A model generated the notes under the pieces. The model searched no databases. It saw only the letters and a list, made by a program, of their open reading frames with translations, and was not told the origin of the DNA. From Octopus sinensis (taxonomy: Eukaryota): DNA of 64,000 nucleotides. The position numbers were made by a program, and so were the translations under genes. Position 1 is the first letter of the stretch. Each line of letters begins with the position of its first letter. The DNA lies in contig NC_042997.1 of NCBI RefSeq assembly GCF_006345805.1, positions 18,104,001 through 18,168,000 of the forward strand, given 5' to 3'. Below, one piece after another: positions 56,736 to 64,000 of this stretch.

Positions 56736-57603
56736 AGAACATATAAATCTAAATTTCTCTCTTTTTAACAAACACCATTAATAACTCTCGTGTCTAAGAG
56801 GAAAAAAAGACAAAACAATTTTGCTACTTTCCTACAGTAACAATAAAAGGAAGGTGAGTAAATTCTATAACAGTACTTTTACCGACAGGAAATAAATGAA
56901 TATCTTTCTAAATCAGGAACTTTAAGGGATAAGTTATTTGGCACCACCATTGACTATAAAAGCTGTAGACTTGTTGGCCTGAGATATTAAAAGGCTACAT
57001 GGTAGAATAATTGTACTGCACGTTAGATGTTGGTTTCTTCTTAACTAAGCAGAAATTTACCAGCGAGAAAGTCGATCTCTTTCTTCATTAATGAAATATA
57101 ACGTAAGCATACATACATACATACATACATACATACATACATACATACATACACACGCATGTACGTAGACGTATATGTATGTGCGTGCGTGTGTATATAC
57201 ATCTCTCTCTCTCTCTCTTTCTCCCCCCCTCTCTCTCTGTATATGTGTGTGTATTTGTGTGTAAGTATGTGCAGGTAAGTGTTGTGAGTGTAAGAATGCA
57301 TATGTCTCTCACCGAATGAGTATAGGAGGAGGAATTGTGTGCATGTGTTTGAAAGTAGGACACGAAAGGACGTGACATAGTGCGTTGGGTATGTGCATTT
57401 GAATTTGAATGTGCTTGTGTGTGTGTGTGTGGTGGGGTATCGACAGAGTATTCGGTCCATCGATGAAGGAAGTGTAAATGCGGTGTATTGGTGTATGTCC
57501 AACTGTGTGTAGGTCTGTGAGTTTAGATTGGATAAATGTGCGCGTAGAATTTTCTGCGTATATGCAAGGGAGTTGGAGAATATGTGGTGCAATGTGGGCA
57601 TAC

Positions 57604-57736
57604 CGGTGTAAAAATGTTAGCTAGCCAAATGAATTTAAGACAGAAATATTGTTGAAAATCGAGGTACTACTCTTTCTGGAAGTGAAAACCGGAAGCTCTG
57701 AGCTTTGAGATCAAGTCGAGCACTATATAGAAGACG
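57604..57736. promoter_or_regulatory. Putative compact bidirectional promoter with divergent non-coding first exons
   Basis: ETS-type motifs CTGGAAGTG (57676-57684) and CCGGAAG (57689-57695) lie between a minus-strand donor CCG|gtatgc (exon end 57604) and a plus-strand donor ACG|gtatgt (exon end 57736). CpG-retaining context. Confidence 0.5.
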
Positions 57737-57900
57737 GTATGTATAAGTTCTCTACTAGATTCTGAGCATAACTGTCAGTAGCCTGTATTTGGTGTGTTAT
57801 TTTCTCGGCGATAAGCTGATGGATGATTATCTTGTCCGATTTTGTTTTAAATTTTTCATGACAAATGTAACGCAGAATATGTGGTCAAGAACTTCATATA

Positions 57901-58307
57901 TATAGTTATAATTTTCTTACGAAACACATAGCGCAGAAGTGCTCAAGTCGAACCTGAGGCGTTAGATAAGTATAGCGTATAGAACAGGAAATAATTAAAT
58001 CGGGTTGACTACGATTTACACATGCATATACGGGTTTAGTTAAGATAAAATAAAAATTGTCCAAACTGAAACATATATTAGAGATATAAAAATATATAGA
58101 AATATAAAAATGAAAATATAAAAATAAAAACATAAAAATATATTTTTACATATCTATATACTTTTATATCTCTAATATATCAATATGTTTCAGCTTGGAC
58201 ATTTTTAAAATTTTATCTTAGCTAAACACGTTTATGTATGTATTAATCGTGGTCTGCCTGATTTGAACTTTTCTACTACGTTTTTAACAGAATATACCAT
58301 AACTATA
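57901..58307. mobile_element. Fold-back MITE with long imperfect inverted arms
   Basis: tatagttat/ataactata ends; inner arms about 57990-58125 and about 58140-58280 pair extensively (e.g. gtccaaactgaaacata / tatgtttcagcttggac). Confidence 0.65.
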
Positions 58308-58345
58308 AACACATACGCATATGTATAAATATATATATGTATAAA

Positions 58346-58743
58346 TCTTTATATATAAAAGTCAAGTTGTGTGTCTGTCTCCTACGATTTAGATTCCTAA
58401 CTACTCCCACATTTTGCGGTGCAGTTTAACCAAAACCGGGTATCTTATAGTCGTGATTCATATCGAGCCCTTCTGGGTATTAGCGCGCGTCTACAATGAG
58501 TCTACGATTTAAAAAAAAATTACCATAATTTTTTCCATTTTAATGCATTTTTTCGCTATTATATAAGGGAAGTAACTCTCTAAAAATGTCTACAATGAGT
58601 CAACGATTTAAAAAAAAAATTTACCATAATTTTTTTCCCAGTTTTAATGCATTTTTTTTGCTATTTTTTGGCTATAACTCTCTAAAAATGCTTATATAGT
58701 TATTTCCCTTACAAACCCGAGCAACGCCGGGCGATACTGCTAG
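58346..58743 (+). mobile_element. Non-autonomous Helitron
   Basis: A|TC start, 3' hairpin cccgagcaacgccggg followed by CTAG|T, no TSD, internal roughly 90-bp tandem duplication. Confidence 0.85.
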
Positions 58744-58844
58744 TAAAAGATAAACTTCCCTGGAAATGGATGCGTGGCGTTCAATCATATGATAATATAA
58801 ATAATAAACTATATATATACATACATATACATATATATACATAC

Positions 58845-58926
<82 letters not shown>

Positions 58927-58930
58927 TATA

Positions 58931-59143
58931 TGGGTACAGGACGCCACAAAACGTAAACAACATGGAATACGAAAACAACATTACATTTTGCTCGAAATGA
59001 GGAGTAGATGGACAGCCGACAACTGATGAAGGGTCGTTCTTTATATTAGTTGTCTTGTCTTCCATTTGTTTCTCTCGTTGTTCGCATACTCACGTTTGTC
59101 TTTGTATTTCATGTTGTTTACGTTTTGTGACGTCCTGTACCCA
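58931..59143. mobile_element. 213-bp fold-back unit in (TA)n with 34-bp inverted ends
   Basis: tgggtacaggacgccacaaaacgtaaacaacatg vs catgttgtttacgttttgtgacgtcctgtaccca (1 mismatch); internal CTGATGA. Confidence 0.75.
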
Positions 59144-59150
59144 TATATGC

Positions 59151-59226
<76 letters not shown>

Positions 59227-59519
59227 ATATATATATATGTACATATATGTATGTATATATGCATATACATATATATGTTTTATTTATATTATGAATATCT
59301 ATATATATACACACTTATGTATAGGTATATGTTTGTGTGCGTGCGTCTGTGTGGTGTGTGTATGTGTGTGTGTGTGTACGTGTGTGAGTGTGTATGTATG
59401 TGTATATGTGTGTGTATGTGTATGTGTGTGTGTGTAGTCTAAAGACAAGAAGCATAAAAACGAACAACATGCGAAGAAAATGACGTGTTAGTTTAACATT
59501 TGAGAGTTTGAAGTTAGTA

Positions 59520-59768
59520 TCTTAGCGATTCGGACATTAGCCCTTCATAAAAAAATAGAAGTTTAGGGAAAGTGAAAGAGGGAGAAATATTGAGACTGAG
59601 TGTATGAATACAAATTACAAAATAACATTGATATGTAAAAATAACAATTATAAATCAACAAGGATGGATGTGGGAGAAAAGGGAATGATTAGAAAACAGG
59701 GGGAATGCTGTTCTATGAAGTGAGTGAAGAAGGTAGGAAGAGGAGGATGTGTTGATGCATTTGCAAGC

Positions 59769-59817
<49 letters not shown>

Positions 59818-60600
59818 TAGAAGCGGATATATAGAGGAAGGATGTGTGCGTGTATGCGTTGGTGTGGTATACGTATGAGTACAGATGTATGCAAGTATAG
59901 AAGCAAAGTGATGTTGGATAGTGGAAGAGGGGATATTAGACTGTTTAGTTCTTTGTCGGGAAATGTAAGAGTGTATGTGAGGATGTTAGAGCGTACATGT
60001 GTGTAGAGGGGAAATAAAAGTGTCGAACAAGCACGTGGAATGGTGGGAACAAGAATGTAAGTGCTATTTACGTGTGTAATTGTATAAACAAAAGCATGTA
60101 GAGATAGAAAAGTAATTTCTTTTTCAGGCGTACAAGTGGGATACATTTGAGAATGAGGGCGAGGAATTTTAGGAGTTTAAATTCAGAATTGAAAAGAAAA
60201 ATCCGAAAAATGTATTAAAAAAAAGTTTTTAATAGATAAAATTGGCCGAGAAATTTTTCAAAAAATTGTCGAGAAGAAAGTAAAAAAAAATTTTAAGCAT
60301 CCGGAAAATGGGTACATTCTAAGAAGATAGCTGCCAGAAGGTGAAAAAGTGAGACAATGTTATTCAGCAAAAAGGAGAAATAACTGATAGAAGTGGGAAA
60401 GGGGAACAAAAGTGGATTTTTAAGGGAAAAGTGGACACAAGGGTAAAAAGAAGTATTGGAATGTGAGAATAGGTACGTATATGGGGTCTGCCGGCTATAA
60501 AGTGAGGAGCAGTCAAGCAGAAGTGACAGATGGGTAGAGAAGGGACTGATAATTTTAAGTGTCAGAAAGGGAAATCTAAAGTAAACATGTTCAAGAGTGA
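59520..60600 (-). mobile_element. Decayed Penelope-like remnant with a decayed hammerhead at its 3' end
   Basis: Minus strand tatgaagggctaatgtccgaatcgct at about 59525-59553; SLYSRQTPYTYLFSHS resembles the Penelope RT VHYKPTDSHSYL motif. Confidence 0.45.
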
Positions 60601-61358
60601 CAATCAGGTGTGTGTGTGTGTATACGTGTATGCGTGCGTATAACAGAGTGTGTAAGCGTGTATACCCGAATGCTGGTGGGTGTGTTTTTCAAAGGTACAA
60701 AATGGCAGAGGAATAGAGAAGTGCGGTTGTGCGTATGTATCAATAGTCTGAGTGACAAAGAGTGGAAAAATATGTAGGACGGGTTACGGTATTTTTGTTG
60801 TTGACAAAAACAACACTACGAACTATTTATAGTTCTTAAATCTGACGGAAAGAAACCAGGGGCAAGTTGATGTAATGGTAACACACTTGTCACGAATACT
60901 AAGAGATGTGGCTTCGAGTTCTATGCGTAGGGAAAACCCTGCTTTTCCCGTGGAGGGCTTATACGCTCCAATATTAGACTACTTTCTTTAGTCATTACAC
61001 AACAGTCGCTTATAAGCTTTGAGCTTATTAAATGTTATTATTTACAGAATTGTAAAAATTGACACTGCTTACAAAAAAAAAATCTCACACACAATGTACA
61101 CACACACATATATGGGTGCATATATAATGAATACATTCATACACACATATATAATATATGTATACATACATACATACACACACACACATAGGCAAGACAT
61201 GGCTGCGTGGTAAGAAGTTTGCTTCCCAACCACATGATTCTCGGTTCTGTCCCATTGCGTGGCGCCTGAGGCAAAAGTCTTCTATAGCCTCGGGCCAACC
61301 AAATCCTCGTGAGTGGATTTAGTAGATGGAAACTGAAAGAACCTCGTTGTGTGTGTGT

Positions 61359-61411
<53 letters not shown>

Positions 61412-61765
61412 AGATAAGAAAATGGAGAAATACATCTAAATCAAATATCAATTACCAGATAATGATCAATCACATACTTTATTAAACCACCACATAAGAG
61501 AATGTAGGGTTAAACATAAAAAAGCAGAACAAATTAGTGTACATAAATGTACATAAATTTACATTATTAACTTTGTTGGGTACTTCACTAGCAGTATATT
61601 GGATATATATTATCCCATGGAGGGTTGCATTTACAACCCCTATCTCAATTTGTATATATATATATATATATAAAATATTATTAGAGACAAAACCACTATT
61701 TTGCAAAACAAACAAGGAAAGACTTAATCAATACATAAAATTTTAATAAATAGTCAAAAAAACCG

Positions 61766-61808
61766 CCACTACAATTGTTTCTTGTCTTGATCGACAATCT
61801 TCAGGTGG
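61766..61808 (-). ncRNA. Minimal type I hammerhead ribozyme
   Basis: CCAC-CUGAAGA-UUGUC gaucaa GACAA-GAAA-CAAUUG-UA-GUGG: full catalytic core, stems I and II paired, short palindromic stem III, GUA cleavage triplet. Confidence 0.8.
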
Positions 61809-61938
61809 ACTTCCAATAAGTCAGTTTCAAATTATGAAGTCTCTAATAATATTTTATAATATTTTACTATAAAATTGGATTTAATCCTAAATCTGATTTT
61901 TTTTCCCTGTAAATTTGGATTTATTCCCTAATATTTAT

Positions 61939-61989
<51 letters not shown>

Positions 61990-63312
61990 TATATGTGTGT
62001 GTATGTGTGTATGTATGTATATATCAATGTGTGTGTCTGTGTTTGTTTCCCCATCACTGCTTGACAACTGGCGTTGCTGTATTTACGTCCCCGAAACTTA
62101 AGAATTCAGCGAAAGAGACCGATAGAATAAGTACTAGGCTTTAGACTATAAGTCGATTTGTTCGACCAAAACCCTTCAAAGCGTTGATCCAGCATGGCCG
62201 CAATCAAATGACCGAAACAAGAATAAAAGAATATATATATAAAGTTAATTAGAGGATATATTAACCTCGTAAAGGGGTGGTTACATCCAAGGAAGTACTG
62301 GTTCAATACCTAGTATTATCGGGGAATTAAATTCCCCTTAAAACAATAGGTATATGTTAAACTGAATTAGGTATATATGTCTGCTGAAATGAACTAATAG
62401 GTCTGCATATAACATCTCAATGTATATCTTTTTCTCTGATGAAAATATGCTTATGTCACACAAGTGCAAATTTAATGTACAAATTTGTAATTGAATTATT
62501 GAGTATTAATTGAAACGGCTGTAGGAAATAAAGATGACCAATTTGTTAATAATAAATAATTATTAATTTCTTACTCTCCATTTTCTTTTTTCATTTAACT
62601 GGATATAAACAATGTGTGTGTGTGTGTGTGCGTGTAGCTGAGGTTTCTTCACAGTTACTGTTTACTACTCAGATGTAAATAGTCAACACGATGAAGGACT
62701 TTCCAAGGGACCATGCCGTAAGAGTGAATAAAAGGCTACGTAGTTACAATGCAAAACTTATAAGTATACAGTCATGCCTCCTCCTAGAAATATATATGAT
62801 GTTTATCAGTTTAGCCCACGTATTGAAAAGAACGTAACCCACTATGTTTTCTTCCCAAAATATAGATAAAAGTTAACCAAACTATCCAACTATATTTGGA
62901 AACAATGAATGCGGAACTAAATTCAATATCCACTGGAAACTTGTTAAACAACGTAAGCTGCATCCGATTTACGTCTGATCCGAGATTTTCAATGAATGCG
63001 CACATTTTAAGAAGTTACTTTTAGCAACCTAATATAACACAAGGCGATTAGATTAAGTGGATTTATTATAGTGTGACATCGTATGAAGGCATATACACGC
63101 TAACACAATTCCTTTAAATTTATTTAAACTTTTCAATATTTTGAATTCCACTCGTACACATACATGTGTGTGTGTGCGTATGTTTACATATAGAGGGAAA
63201 GATAGATAGATAGATAGCTAGATGTACAAGCATACATGTGTATACACGCACATACACACACATATATGCTTGTACATCTATCTATCTCTTGATATATAGA
63301 TAGGTGAACATG

Positions 63313-63344
<32 letters not shown>

Positions 63345-63415
63345 CCGGAGTAAACACATAAATGTGAAACAAGGTGGAAAAAAGAGTACTCAAATACCAG
63401 TGGTAGAGTAATATG

Positions 63416-63537
63416 CTTTATTTAAAGCAGCAGAAAATTCAACAAAACCTGTTACTCTGAGTTTCCCGTTGCCGTTCATCGGCAACGGGAAACTCAGAGT
63501 AACAGGTTTTGTTGAATTTTCTGCCGCTTTAAATAAA

Positions 63538-63538
<1 letters not shown>
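63416..63538. repeat. Near-perfect 59-bp-arm hairpin (5-nt loop) adjoining (TA)n
   Basis: Arms 63416-63474 and 63480-63538 are reverse complements with one mismatch. Confidence 0.95.
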
Positions 63539-63605
<67 letters not shown>

Positions 63606-63829
63606 ATGTTCATCTATCTATATATCAACTCCCCCCTATCTCCCTCTGTGTGTACAAATACACACACACATGTACAAATGGAAGTCAAAATTATCTGCAT
63701 TTTCGACAATATTTTCTTTAGTTTGGCCGCACTGCCTTCAGCGCTCGCATGATAAAAGGTGTTCTCTTATAGTTAGATAACCGTTGTTTGATCTTTCATC
63801 ACTCCAGTTTTCATTCTTGTGCTACAGAG

Positions 63830-63945
63830 AAAACATAGCATCTCCACTGGCAGTGAGCACAAAGGAAGAACAAAAATCGGAGATCCGGTTTCTCTCCTCT
63901 GAAGATGTCTCAGGGGCTGAAATTCCTCGTAGGTTTTCAGAACAG
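63830..63945 (+). mobile_element. Mariner transposase 5' fragment
   Basis: ASPLAVSTKEEQKSEIRFLSSEDVSGAEIPRRF resembles the mariner N-terminal HTH (EQRSVIRFLxxEGVxxxEIHRRL). Confidence 0.65.
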
Positions 63946-64000
63946 AAACCAACTACAGAAGAAATTCACGGTGGTGCTCCAGTATGATCGCAGCGGTATG

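Overview
AT-rich, microsatellite- and repeat-saturated animal DNA. The tRNA-headed SINE families (CORE-, V-, Deu- and Meta-like domains), RTE/CR1/Penelope remnants and mariners look like an octopus (coleoid cephalopod) genome; this is an inference from recalled repeat families, not a database hit. Nearly all ORFs in the supplied track are microsatellite or TE artefacts. The supportable host-gene signal is three phase-compatible minus-strand exons (11718-11823, 7280-7391, 5650-5686) encoding a C-terminal PH domain. Their 5' end may lie at a compact bidirectional promoter near 57.6-57.7 kb. A second promoter-like region with an RFX X-box lies at about 1.8-3.0 kb. TEs include three degraded near-full-length mariners, a young CR1 3' end, a Helitron, a piggyBac-type MITE, a CRE-like fragment, a pogo fragment and several Penelope remnants. 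The most notable observation is a set of short fold-back units next to (TA)n tracts carrying hammerhead-ribozyme motifs: one apparently intact minimal type I hammerhead (61766-61808, minus) and a 59-bp hairpin whose apex lies in a hammerhead-like core (63416-63538). All calls are by eye, and boundaries of old repeats are approximate.
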